The notes beneath the pieces are model-generated. The model searched no databases, was not told the DNA's origin, and saw only the letters and a list, made by a program, of their open reading frames with translations. This document shows positions 49,389 to 58,667 of a stretch of DNA of 64,000 nucleotides, piece by piece. The first letter of the stretch is position 1; each line of letters begins with the position of its first letter. The position numbers were made by a program, and so were the translations under genes. This DNA is from Promethearchaeota archaeon (GTDB lineage Archaea; Asgardarchaeota; Lokiarchaeia; Sigyniarchaeales; SOKP01): assembly GCA_019057795.1 (NCBI GenBank), contig JAHLWS010000075.1:1-64000 (forward strand), written 5' to 3'.

Positions 49389-49745
49389 TTATTCGTATTC
49401 AAATAAGTGTTTGTAAGGTTCTTTTCTTTTCTTTAATTTATAAATTTCTTCTCGCGTGTCTTTGGGCAAATTTCGCACTTGAATATGAAAAGGCTCATAG
49501 AATTGAAGTTCTTTAGAGTTCTTGTAAATATTTGCTACTCCTACATCGTATGAGCTACCGAAATGAGTTTTTATTTTACGAATTATTGTATATTTTTCGT
49601 TTGCGTTTTTCAACGCTGCAATTTTCTTCTTCACATCTAACCTATTAGGTGTACTGGCATTAAAATGATCGATTCTGAATTTTAATTCCGTTCGATCGAT
49701 TAACGGGTTTACTTTTTCTTCCAAAATTTCAATATTAAACGACAT
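49389..49745 (-). CDS. rps24e: 30S ribosomal protein eS24
   Basis: NPLIDR.E..F...H....TP.R..V...IA...T.FG.....G.A.IY. Confidence 0.93.
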   Translation of the reverse strand: MSFNIEILEEKVNPLIDRTELKFRIDHFNASTPNRLDVKKKIAALKNANEKYTIIRKIKTHFGSSYDVGVANIYKNSKELQFYEPFHIQVRNLPKDTREEIYKLKKRKEPYKHLFEYE

Positions 49746-49841
49746 TTTGAACCTTTTTAATACTTTTTTTCTCAGATAATCAGTTAATTTAAAGATAATT
49801 CTGAGTTATAAAAAATTAAAGAAACAATAAAAAATAAAATT

Positions 49842-50078
49842 TTGGTTTTTTGTAAGAAAAATATGATAAAATCTAAAAATTACTTGTTGAAAACAAGAAT
49901 TATGATAATCTTTGAAGTGGCATTATTTATCATTTTGATGGTATTGTATTTGCTTCTAAAAAATGTAGTCGCCGGAATATACGTTAGCATCTTTGTTGGT
50001 TGCCTATTTTTGTGGGTATTATTGTTTATTTTAACTTTTAATCTCTATAATAAAGTAAAAAATATAAAAATGGAGTGA
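49842..50078 (+). CDS. Small 2-TM protein
   Basis: Hydrophobic ORF ending just before the DUF359 gene. Confidence 0.45.
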   Translation: MVFCKKNMIKSKNYLLKTRIMIIFEVALFIILMVLYLLLKNVVAGIYVSIFVGCLFLWVLLFILTFNLYNKVKNIKME

Positions 50079-50084
50079 TTTAAG

Positions 50085-50666
50085 ATGGATAAAAATTTAA
50101 AAATCCCTCCAACCGAAAGGCATAAGTTTTCTCAGCCTTTAGGTAAATTAATTGCAGGAACGCGAAAAGAAACAATCTCTGAAGTAGAAGAACATATAAG
50201 AAATTATAAAAAAGCTAATTTTGAAGTAAAATTATATTTAGTTGGAGATATCGTAACAAAGGATTTTCTCGCGAATGAATTTCTAAAATCTTTTGTTAAA
50301 GTTTGCATCATTGACGAAAAAACTCAAAGAAATCAAATTAAAATAAAGATTGAGGATTTCTTTGAAGAAATCATTGAATTTGAAAACCCTGAAGGAGGTA
50401 TTAAAAAAGAAAGTTTTATTCTTTTAGATGAGATTATAACATCTAATAAAAGAACATTATTTAAAGTTATTAAAGGCGAAGAAGATTTATTAGTCTTGCC
50501 GTTGGTTCTGAGCATCCCTCTTAACGAAACGATTAAAAGTTTAGTGTTTTACGGCCAACCACCCATAACGGATTCAAAGCGCCAGATTCCCGAAGGTATC
50601 GTTATGGTAGATGTTAAAAAAAGGATAAAAAAAATTGTAAAGAAATTCGTATCGTTAATGAATTAA
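50085..50666 (+). CDS. GTP-dependent dephospho-CoA kinase (DUF359)
   Basis: P.G.L, VGDIVT, D.KT.R, NP.G.I, GEEDLL.LP, YGQP. Confidence 0.9.
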   Translation: MDKNLKIPPTERHKFSQPLGKLIAGTRKETISEVEEHIRNYKKANFEVKLYLVGDIVTKDFLANEFLKSFVKVCIIDEKTQRNQIKIKIEDFFEEIIEFENPEGGIKKESFILLDEIITSNKRTLFKVIKGEEDLLVLPLVLSIPLNETIKSLVFYGQPPITDSKRQIPEGIVMVDVKKRIKKIVKKFVSLMN

Positions 50667-50711
50667 TAAAAAAGATATAATACGACTTTATCATTGAGGA
50701 TAAGTACTTTA

Positions 50712-50900
50712 TTACCGTACTCTTAATGCATACTTCCCAGGAAAATGGATCTTTAAATATTCTGCGAATCTAGATCCCGAAGGATTAATAATTATGACTT
50801 CCCCGGTATAATCTTCGCTGAGACTATGGGTTTTGCATTTAGGGCAAATTTGCTCTTTTTTAGTAATTAAGTGGCAATTCTTACAAGCTTTTTCTTTCAA
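50712..50900 (-). CDS. spt4: Transcription elongation factor Spt4 (RpoE'')
   Basis: ACKNC...CPKC...LS..Y.G.VIII.P..S..A......PGKYALRV. Confidence 0.95.
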   Translation of the reverse strand: MKEKACKNCHLITKKEQICPKCKTHSLSEDYTGEVIIINPSGSRFAEYLKIHFPGKYALRVR

Positions 50901-50931
50901 ATATATTTTCGCCTACTTTTTAATAATGAAA

Positions 50932-51534
50932 TTATTCTTCGCTGACTTCCTCTTCCAGTTGTTTCTTATTCTTTGCTTCTTTTTCAGCGTACTCTTCCGC
51001 GATATCCGCTTCAATCCATTCTTGTTTCCCTAAAAACTTTTGGCGCATCGTCAAACCTAGTTTGCCGCTCCGCCCAGTACCTAAAGAGACGGCAATTATT
51101 TTTGCCCTCACATCGTTGTTAACTTCAAGAATTTTTCCCGTTTCTTTACCAATAAATCGATTACCGACCTGTTCAAATGAGATATAATCATCGCATATCT
51201 GGGAGACGTGAACTAAGCCATCTAACGGTCCTAAACGTATGAATGAGCCAAAATCTACTAACTCAACAACCTCTCCCTCAACAACCTCTCCGAGTTTAGG
51301 TTTAAAAGTTAAAATGGAGAATTCTACTTTATGAAAGGTGCTAGCGTTTCCAGGAATAATGATACCAAGTCCTACATCAAGTACATCAACAATAGCAATA
51401 ATAAAACCGTAATCTCTCGTGATAATTCCTTCATATTCGTCACTAAGGATAATTCTTGCGCTTTCTTCTTTTTTTTTGCCAAAGAGAAAAGGAGGTATCT
51501 CAACTTTAGTAGCTAGTTGCACCAATTTAAAGAT
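50932..51534 (-). CDS. rpoE: RNA polymerase subunit Rpo7 (E')
   Basis: IPP..F, P.LGEVVEG.V....FG.F...GP.DGLVH.SQI, LTMRQ..LG..EW. Track start is TTG 51525; an ATC start at 51534 is possible. Confidence 0.95.
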   Translation of the reverse strand: MFKLVQLATKVEIPPFLFGKKKEESARIILSDEYEGIITRDYGFIIAIVDVLDVGLGIIIPGNASTFHKVEFSILTFKPKLGEVVEGEVVELVDFGSFIRLGPLDGLVHVSQICDDYISFEQVGNRFIGKETGKILEVNNDVRAKIIAVSLGTGRSGKLGLTMRQKFLGKQEWIEADIAEEYAEKEAKNKKQLEEEVSEE

Positions 51535-51699
51535 TTCAGTACACCAGTTATTTTTGTTAATATTATTGTTAATAATAGTTAATATTGTTAAGACAAATTA
51601 AGCATAAAATTAATAATTTGTGATTTTTTCGTAATAACATATTAAGCTTAGGTGATTTTATATTTTGAAAAACTGTAAAATTAAGAAAATATCCTAATT

Positions 51700-52092
51700 T
51701 TATATTAATTGCGCTATTTTTTCGCAAGTTCTTCTACAATCTAATAAAATTAACCCGAGCCGAACCTCTTTAGTTGTAGAAACTGTTAATACCGCATTGG
51801 GACCAGCTTGCATTACTAAAAGATACCCGTTGGAACCTTTTATATACAACTGGTCGAAATCACCCTTTCCCATTTCGATAATCGCTCTTTCGGATAATGA
51901 TAGAAGGGCGGCTGTCATTGCGGCAATTCTCGTCTCGTCTATGCCTTGTGGAAGTGCAGAAGCGATCGGAAGGCCTTCAGCTGAGACTATGGCAGCAGAT
52001 TTTACTTCTGGAATTGCTCCAAGAAGTCTTTTGAGTATATCATCAAGACTATCGGGGGTATTGGGGTCCATTACTGACACTTTCTCCTTCAC
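51700..52092 (-). CDS. Roadblock/LC7 (MglB-like) protein
   Basis: AAIVSAEGLPIAS.L...DETRIAAM.AALLSL.ER.....G....LGLI. Confidence 0.92.
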   Translation of the reverse strand: MKEKVSVMDPNTPDSLDDILKRLLGAIPEVKSAAIVSAEGLPIASALPQGIDETRIAAMTAALLSLSERAIIEMGKGDFDQLYIKGSNGYLLVMQAGPNAVLTVSTTKEVRLGLILLDCRRTCEKIAQLI

Positions 52093-52349
52093 TAAATTTT
52101 TATTAGATAAATGTTATTTATTAGAATATTTATTTTAAATAGTCTATTTATTTTAAATAGATTGGTACTTTTTATTTTTATTTTTTATTCTGTTATATAA
52201 AAATCTACTCTATTATAGGTTTATTAAAGTTTATAATATGTAGATAAAGATATGTGCCTTGCTATAACTATTATCCAAAATTACCCTTATAATTTTATCG
52301 TTTCTAAAAAACAATTCTTATTTAGTGTTTTTTTATAAGCTTTATATGT

Positions 52350-52598
52350 TACATCGTTGGACGAGAAAGAGGTTAAAGGTTGTACTTTTGATAAAACCTC
52401 TAAGAAAGTATTCATGTTGATTTAGGTCATCAATAAGTTATTTGTTTTCTTCCTTCATAATATAGCGAAACACGCAACGATTAGCTCCAGTATCGTGTCG
52501 AGATTCGAGATCCAGGAGTGAGGTATTTTTTACCAAGTTCCTTTTTTTGGTGAGGACATCACCCAAGTATTGAAAATCTAAGCCTTGGGTTTTTTTTT
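52350..52598 (+). ncRNA. Candidate structured non-coding RNA
   Basis: Several nested helices found by eye, no credible ORF, upstream TTTATA boxes, 3' hairpin + T9. Confidence 0.5.
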
Positions 52599-52727
52599 CT
52601 TTAAATCATCCAATTTCATCAAAAAATACAATTAATTTTTGTTAATAATTTAATAGAAGAAACAAAAGAATAATTATTTAATAGTTAATTATAAAAATAA
52701 TTAACTTTACTGATTAAATTGCTGATT

Positions 52728-53882
52728 ATGGAATATTGGGTTTTAGTGGAGGGTCTTTATAATACAACATTATCGGTGTTTTTTTTCGTTCTTATGAGTT
52801 TGATGTATTATATTGGGATTAAGGGATATAGGGCAAAAAACAAGTATGGGGGCACCTCGTCGATTCTTTGCGGAGTTTGTTTTTTAATTTTTGGATATTA
52901 TAACTCTGTTGTCGGATTTTTAGCATTCCCTTACAACGGGTTTATGGTGTGGTGGATTGGTATGACACTACTTTTTAATCTCTTATTTACAAGAATCATC
53001 AGAACGATTATAAATAAAATGAAGAGAGAGGAGAAAAACGAATTTAATAATAAGGAAGGTATAAATAAAGAAAAAACGATTTTAAGGAGATACATTAGAA
53101 GAATGACGAAAGAAGACCCTTATAGAGAAGAGATCCCGTTTAGGATGGAGTTATTCAGAAAAAGTTTTCATTTATCGGGATTCTTAATATTTTTAGCTTT
53201 TTTTGGTTTTATGGCAATCCCTCCAATAACTCTGCTGGTAAATGATAGCGTTATAACATTTATTAACCAAATTGGACCATCTTATGATTTATTATGGGGG
53301 GATATAGCCGATTTTCCGTATGGTTTTGGAGATTTTCGAGCTGTTGTGGAGATTACTATGTTCGCTTTAATTGCTGCTTTAGCCTTTACTATTGTATCTG
53401 ATATAATTCGAATCGTCTGGGGTCCAGAATACTCCTTCTTTAACTTCCTATCAAAGTCCTTATTGAGAAATAAAGAAAAAAATGCTGTCGGACCGCAAAT
53501 TTACATAATAACGGGATTTATTTTTGCTTATATGCTTTACATGGCGGGGCTAATTCATATTTTTGTGTTTTTTGCGGGAATATTTATAGCGTGCCTTTCA
53601 GATGCATCTGCTGCTTTAATTGGAAGGAGATTTGGAAAGCATAAGATTACGCTTAGAAATAAAGACGTTAAATCTGTTGAAGGTTTTATTGCTGGCGTAG
53701 CCGTCGCATATATTATTGGTTTTATATTTGTAGGACCAATTTATGCAATAATGGGAGCTCTCGTTTTCTTTCTAATTGATTATTTACCGTCAGTTACCGC
53801 GGATAATATATTAAATCCCATTTTTATTCCAATTGGGCTTCAACTTATGATATTCTTATTTGGATTACCTGTTGGTTGGTAA
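52728..53882 (+). CDS. CTP-dependent lipid kinase family (dolichol/phytol kinase, DGK1-like) membrane protein
   Basis: ELFRKSFH, R.KE, SDA.AALIGRRFG, KSVEG, DN..NP. Confidence 0.85.
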   Translation: MEYWVLVEGLYNTTLSVFFFVLMSLMYYIGIKGYRAKNKYGGTSSILCGVCFLIFGYYNSVVGFLAFPYNGFMVWWIGMTLLFNLLFTRIIRTIINKMKREEKNEFNNKEGINKEKTILRRYIRRMTKEDPYREEIPFRMELFRKSFHLSGFLIFLAFFGFMAIPPITLLVNDSVITFINQIGPSYDLLWGDIADFPYGFGDFRAVVEITMFALIAALAFTIVSDIIRIVWGPEYSFFNFLSKSLLRNKEKNAVGPQIYIITGFIFAYMLYMAGLIHIFVFFAGIFIACLSDASAALIGRRFGKHKITLRNKDVKSVEGFIAGVAVAYIIGFIFVGPIYAIMGALVFFLIDYLPSVTADNILNPIFIPIGLQLMIFLFGLPVGW

Positions 53883-53928
53883 TAGAAAGGTAAAGCATAT
53901 AAAAAAAATAATCTTATTAAATTTATCC

Positions 53929-54774
53929 ATGCGAGAATTAGTTGACGAATTAAAAGATATCGAACTAGCGATTTTTGACTTAGACGGAGTCATTTACCGA
54001 GGAGATCTATTAATTTCTAATAGCGACAAAGTGATACAAGAATTAAAAGACATTTCAATTAAAGTTGTATATAATTCCAATAATTCTACTGTTACAAGAC
54101 AGATGTATGTCGGGCGTTTAAAGGGTTTAAATATTATAAGTAAAGCGTCTGATTTTTATACTAGCGCTTCGATTACATCGGAAGAAATTACAAATCTAAA
54201 GCAAAATGCAACTATTTTTGTCATCGGTGAAATTGGTTTAAAGGAAGAATTAACAGCAAAAGGTCATAACATTGTCAACCCTTCTTCAAACTATGAAAAG
54301 GTTGATTTTGTCATCGTGGGTTTAGATAGAGAATTCAACTACAAAAAGCTAGTGTTCGCTCAGGATTGTATTTTACAAGGTAAGGCTCAATTCTACGCTA
54401 CAAATTCCGATTCAACATTACCTGCTGCGAGTGGATTACTTCCTGGAGCAGGAGTGATGGTGAACGCAGTAGAAACATGTACTAACAAAAAACCTCTAAA
54501 AATTTTTGGTAAACCCAATCCTTACGGGATTCAAATGATATTAAACCATACGAAGGTATCACCGGATAAATCAGTGATATTCGGGGACCGTTTAAATACA
54601 GACATTTTAGCGGGAAATCGAGCCAGAATTAATACTGTACTCGTATTAACAGGGGTCACGACTGAACTTGAGGTTAAAAAAATTCAAGAAAAAGCTATTC
54701 GCTCTCAAGTTATTGATAAGAATTTAATTCCTAATTTAGTTATAAAATCCCTTTTAGGAATTTTTAAAAAATGA
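53929..54774 (+). CDS. HAD-IIA (NagD-like) phosphatase
   Basis: FDLDGV, SNNS, GKP, GDRLNTDI, VLTGVT; ATG 53929 preferred. Confidence 0.92.
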   Translation: MRELVDELKDIELAIFDLDGVIYRGDLLISNSDKVIQELKDISIKVVYNSNNSTVTRQMYVGRLKGLNIISKASDFYTSASITSEEITNLKQNATIFVIGEIGLKEELTAKGHNIVNPSSNYEKVDFVIVGLDREFNYKKLVFAQDCILQGKAQFYATNSDSTLPAASGLLPGAGVMVNAVETCTNKKPLKIFGKPNPYGIQMILNHTKVSPDKSVIFGDRLNTDILAGNRARINTVLVLTGVTTELEVKKIQEKAIRSQVIDKNLIPNLVIKSLLGIFKK

Positions 54775-54779
54775 GTAGA

Positions 54780-55322
54780 CTAAATTATACCCGCTCTGTG
54801 CATCATTAATTTAGTAATTTCATAAAAAATATCTTCCACATTTCTTCCGTCCTTAGCAGAACATTCAATGTATCCGAAAAGGTTATTCATTTTAGCCATA
54901 TCAAAAGCTTCTTTGCTAGAAACGGCTCGCTTATAGTTTAAGTCTAATTTACTCCCCACCATAATTATAGGTAACTGTTTATCTTGAGCTCCAATGAATC
55001 CTTTTTTAAAAATTTCCATCCAATCGGGAAAATTTTTCAAACTGCTAAATCTTGTGATATCATACAGAAATATTCCACCAGAAGCTCCAATTACATAACT
55101 TGGTAAAAGAAATCTGAAGCGAGTCTTGCCAGCAAAATCCCATATCTGAAGAGATATCTTCTTGCCGTCTACTTCTAACTTTTTGACATGAAAATCAACT
55201 CCAATTGTGATCGTCTGAGCGGATTTAAACACTCCGGTAAGATATCTACCTATTAAAGTAGTTTTTCCAACTCCACCATCTCCAAAAAGACAAATTTTAA
55301 ACATTAAATCGCTTTCAACCAT
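54780..55322 (-). CDS. Rab-like small GTPase
   Basis: GDGGVGKT, TIGVDF, IWDFAG, SKLD, ECSAK; no C-terminal Cys. Confidence 0.93.
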   Translation of the reverse strand: MVESDLMFKICLFGDGGVGKTTLIGRYLTGVFKSAQTITIGVDFHVKKLEVDGKKISLQIWDFAGKTRFRFLLPSYVIGASGGIFLYDITRFSSLKNFPDWMEIFKKGFIGAQDKQLPIIMVGSKLDLNYKRAVSSKEAFDMAKMNNLFGYIECSAKDGRNVEDIFYEITKLMMHRAGII

Positions 55323-55611
55323 TCTTCCCCGCACACTCGCCTGATTTTGGTCGTTTTAATACATGCTTATGGTAAAAATAAACAAAATTTACCATCTATT
55401 TTATTTTTACCGTTTTTTAAAAGTTAAAAGTTTAAATTATTATAATAATAAAAGTTTCTTTTTAAAAATTATTTGTTTCCGATACATATTTTACTATAAT
55501 AAAAAGATTTATTGCTTTTTGATTTTTGTTTTCTGTTTCTGTAATGACAGCTTTTTTCAATTAAAAGTTATATTTTAATTTTATAGTTAATTTTTAAATA
55601 TAGGGGATATA

Positions 55612-56775
55612 ATGTCAACGAAAATAAGCATTGTAAACATAAACGATTACGAAAGCATCCCAGATGCTATAGTAGCAGCTATAAGGATGATTGAAGAAGA
55701 TTTTCATTTCGACATTCTTAATTGTAAGAACATTCTATTAAAACCCAACCTATTGAGAGCGACTAAAGATGCTTGTACTCAGCCTATTTTCGTAGAAGGC
55801 GTGATAAAATATCTAAAAGAAATTGGAGTGGCAATGGAGAATGTTAGTATAGGAGATTCTCCCGGACAAATAAAAATTTCTGCCGAACAAATTGCTAAAA
55901 AAATAAGTTTACTTGAGGTTTGTGAAAAAGCAAGCATAAAATTCATTAACTTTGAGCGTGATACCCCCGTTCATCATGTTATCGAAGGAGCATTAAGATT
56001 AAAAGATTATTACGTATCTAATCCTGTAAATGAATGTGACCTATTAATAAATTTACCTAAGTTAAAAACTCACGGAGAAGCCACCATAACTGGAGCTATA
56101 AAAAATTATTGGGGGATAATTCCAGGAGGGTTAAAAGCAAAATATCATCTATTAGGTAGAAATCCAGAGCAATTTGGGGAAGCTTTAGCAGACAATTTTT
56201 CTTGGGTTGTCAAAAACAAACCGAATCGTTTGATTGTATACGATTTAATTCGCGTTATGCAAGGAACAATGGGTCCTGTGTCAGGAACTATGAAGAAATG
56301 GGATTTAATTTTAGTTGGGACAGATGAGTTAGCGTTAGATGTTATAGCACTAGAAATAGGAAAATTCAAAGGGCTTAAACACGTTCCTCATCTGAAAAAT
56401 ACATTTGAACGGAGGTTAGGTGAAGGAGATCTTGATAAAATTGAAATTGTAGGATTATCATTAGAAGAGGCTAGAATTTTAGCTCTAAAATTTAAAGTCC
56501 CTGGAAGAACTATGACGCGATTCGCAAGTTTTATCACTAGGAGCATAGTTTACAAGGTAACTAAAAAAATTCCTATTTTAAAGAAAGAAATATGCGTAAA
56601 ATGTGGTCAATGTTTCGAAGTGTGCCCCATAAACGCTATAGATTTTAAAATTGGAGAGTATCCCAAGTATTTAAGAAAAGTATGTATCTCATGTCTTTGT
56701 TGTATGGAAATGTGTCCTCAACAAGCAATTGAAATTAAACTTCGAGGATTTGGTGGACTATTTCATTCGTATTAA
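55612..56775 (+). CDS. DUF362 + 2x[4Fe-4S] ferredoxin protein
   Basis: LLKPNL, PKLKTH, TGAIKN; two CxxCxxCxxxCP. Confidence 0.9.
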   Translation: MSTKISIVNINDYESIPDAIVAAIRMIEEDFHFDILNCKNILLKPNLLRATKDACTQPIFVEGVIKYLKEIGVAMENVSIGDSPGQIKISAEQIAKKISLLEVCEKASIKFINFERDTPVHHVIEGALRLKDYYVSNPVNECDLLINLPKLKTHGEATITGAIKNYWGIIPGGLKAKYHLLGRNPEQFGEALADNFSWVVKNKPNRLIVYDLIRVMQGTMGPVSGTMKKWDLILVGTDELALDVIALEIGKFKGLKHVPHLKNTFERRLGEGDLDKIEIVGLSLEEARILALKFKVPGRTMTRFASFITRSIVYKVTKKIPILKKEICVKCGQCFEVCPINAIDFKIGEYPKYLRKVCISCLCCMEMCPQQAIEIKLRGFGGLFHSY

Positions 56776-58178
56776 TTGTTTTCTTTATTATAAAGATCAG
56801 CGTAATTTTTTAGAAATAAATAATTTGAAAGTCTCGTATTTTTTATCGACTTTACTTGAACGAATTCGTTTGGGGCGTGAGCAAAACCTCCAATGCCTAA
56901 ACCACCAACGACAAAATCTATCGCTAATTCCTTCTGTATCTTGCTTAATGGAGCAGCAGCAGCACTAATTGGCCAAATATGGGTTGATATGCCTAACATA
57001 TCAAAGCTTTTTATAAGGCTCTTTACTAAAATTGAATCGAGTTTAACTTTAGAGCGCTCGTAACCAATATTTTTAATTAATTCAATTTTAGATTTTGAAT
57101 ATCTTGCTAAATCAGTTACCTTTTTTCTAATTTCTTTATATATATCGTTAGTAGAGATGTTGTGGGCAAATCTTATATCGATGTTACATTTAGCGTTGTT
57201 TGCAACCATGTTTTTTACCCCATTTTCTAAGTAACCCGATTTTAGGGTGGAAATATTAAAAGTTGGATTGAATAAGTAGTTAACAAAAGATTTTTTTGTA
57301 TCATCTTCTAATGTTTGCGTAATTCCGGCTTTATTTTTAATATTCTCAAGATCAATTTTTTTCATTAAATCTTTAATCATGGATTGCTCGTCAGAGGTCA
57401 TATTGTAGGGATTACGTAAAGAATTAATTTGAAATTTGTCTTTTGAATAAATAGTACTAAGTAAAGAAATCAAATCAAGCGCAGGATTAGGTACCATCGA
57501 ACTAAAAGCAGAATGTGTTTCCTCATTTGTAGATGTGATTTTTACGGTTAGCGACAAAATACCTTTGTAACCAAGCTTTAGAACAGAATTGCCGTTTAAA
57601 TCTTGCTTCATTGAAGGATAATACGCACCTAAACAAGAGTTAAACAAACTTTTTCTGTTTTCAAGTAATTTTAACAAAGTAGGTGAGCCTAATTCTTCCT
57701 CCCCATCGAATAGTAATAGTAGAGAAATTGGAAGCTTTTTCTCTTCTTTCAATATTTTTACTACATTTAGGAAGCATAACAAAGGAGTCTTTGAATTATA
57801 AGCACCTCTTGCAATTACGCAATTACCTAATCTATCCAAGGGTTTGGGTAATTGCGTTACTTCAGCACCAAAAGGATTGCTAATCCATTTATTTTCTTTG
57901 TTAACTGGTTGCGTATCGTACATCATGTAAATTAATAAAGAATCCTTGATCTTTCCTTTGACCTTAGCTAACAATAAAGGATTTATTTCCCCTTCGATCT
58001 CTTTAATATCTTCGCAATAATCAGAAATATATGAAATAATAAAATCTTTTGCTTCTATTGTTGCTTCTTTATTTAAAGTAAAACTCGAAATTTTTAGAAA
58101 TTTCTTTAAATCTTCTTCAATAAACTTTTTGTTAGTATTACGGATTATTTCCTCGATTTTAGAGCTTTGATTATTCAT
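56772..58178 (-). CDS. M20 family peptidase/amidohydrolase (atypical metal ligands)
   Basis: YMMYDTQP, RGAYNSK, GEEELGSP, HAPNE. Confidence 0.85.
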   Translation of the reverse strand: MNNQSSKIEEIIRNTNKKFIEEDLKKFLKISSFTLNKEATIEAKDFIISYISDYCEDIKEIEGEINPLLLAKVKGKIKDSLLIYMMYDTQPVNKENKWISNPFGAEVTQLPKPLDRLGNCVIARGAYNSKTPLLCFLNVVKILKEEKKLPISLLLLFDGEEELGSPTLLKLLENRKSLFNSCLGAYYPSMKQDLNGNSVLKLGYKGILSLTVKITSTNEETHSAFSSMVPNPALDLISLLSTIYSKDKFQINSLRNPYNMTSDEQSMIKDLMKKIDLENIKNKAGITQTLEDDTKKSFVNYLFNPTFNISTLKSGYLENGVKNMVANNAKCNIDIRFAHNISTNDIYKEIRKKVTDLARYSKSKIELIKNIGYERSKVKLDSILVKSLIKSFDMLGISTHIWPISAAAAPLSKIQKELAIDFVVGGLGIGGFAHAPNEFVQVKSIKNTRLSNYLFLKNYADLYNKENN

Positions 58179-58243
58179 ATATATTAAAATTTTAAGTCTC
58201 ATTAATATAAATTATTTATTGAAAATTGAGTATTATTATAACG

Positions 58244-58630
58244 ATGAATGAGATAGAACTTCCAAAACCTCAAAGAATTGAAAAATTAAACCAGATCTTG
58301 CATGATTTAAAGAATAAAGGCAAGTTACTAGGTGTTTTATTCGCACATCGCAACGGTGGACTTATCGCTAAAGATTTTAAAGAAGACATAGATTTTAATA
58401 ACTTCACATCGATGTGTGCTTCGGTCTTAGAAAGTGCTACAGGTCTTGGTCGTACAATGGGAGATAGAAAAGTAAATAAAATTATTGCGGAGTTAGAAGG
58501 ACAGACAATTGTTATTATTGAATGCGACGAGAAAACATTTTTAGTCTTTGATATTAATCACGAATCCAATTTTAACATAATATTAGAAAAAATAGAATTG
58601 TATATTCGGAAAATAATTTTTCTCTATTAA
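58244..58630 (+). CDS. Roadblock/LC7-domain protein
   Basis: L.GVLFA.RNGGLI.......F.SMCASV..SA..LG. Confidence 0.75.
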   Translation: MNEIELPKPQRIEKLNQILHDLKNKGKLLGVLFAHRNGGLIAKDFKEDIDFNNFTSMCASVLESATGLGRTMGDRKVNKIIAELEGQTIVIIECDEKTFLVFDINHESNFNIILEKIELYIRKIIFLY

Positions 58631-58667
58631 AAATGGAAATTTGAAAATAACTAATAGAGATTAACGT

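Noticed and set aside
52350-52600. RNase P RNA, SRP RNA or tRNA
   Set aside because: No GAGGAAAGUCC, SRP helix-8 or T-loop consensus seen on either strand.
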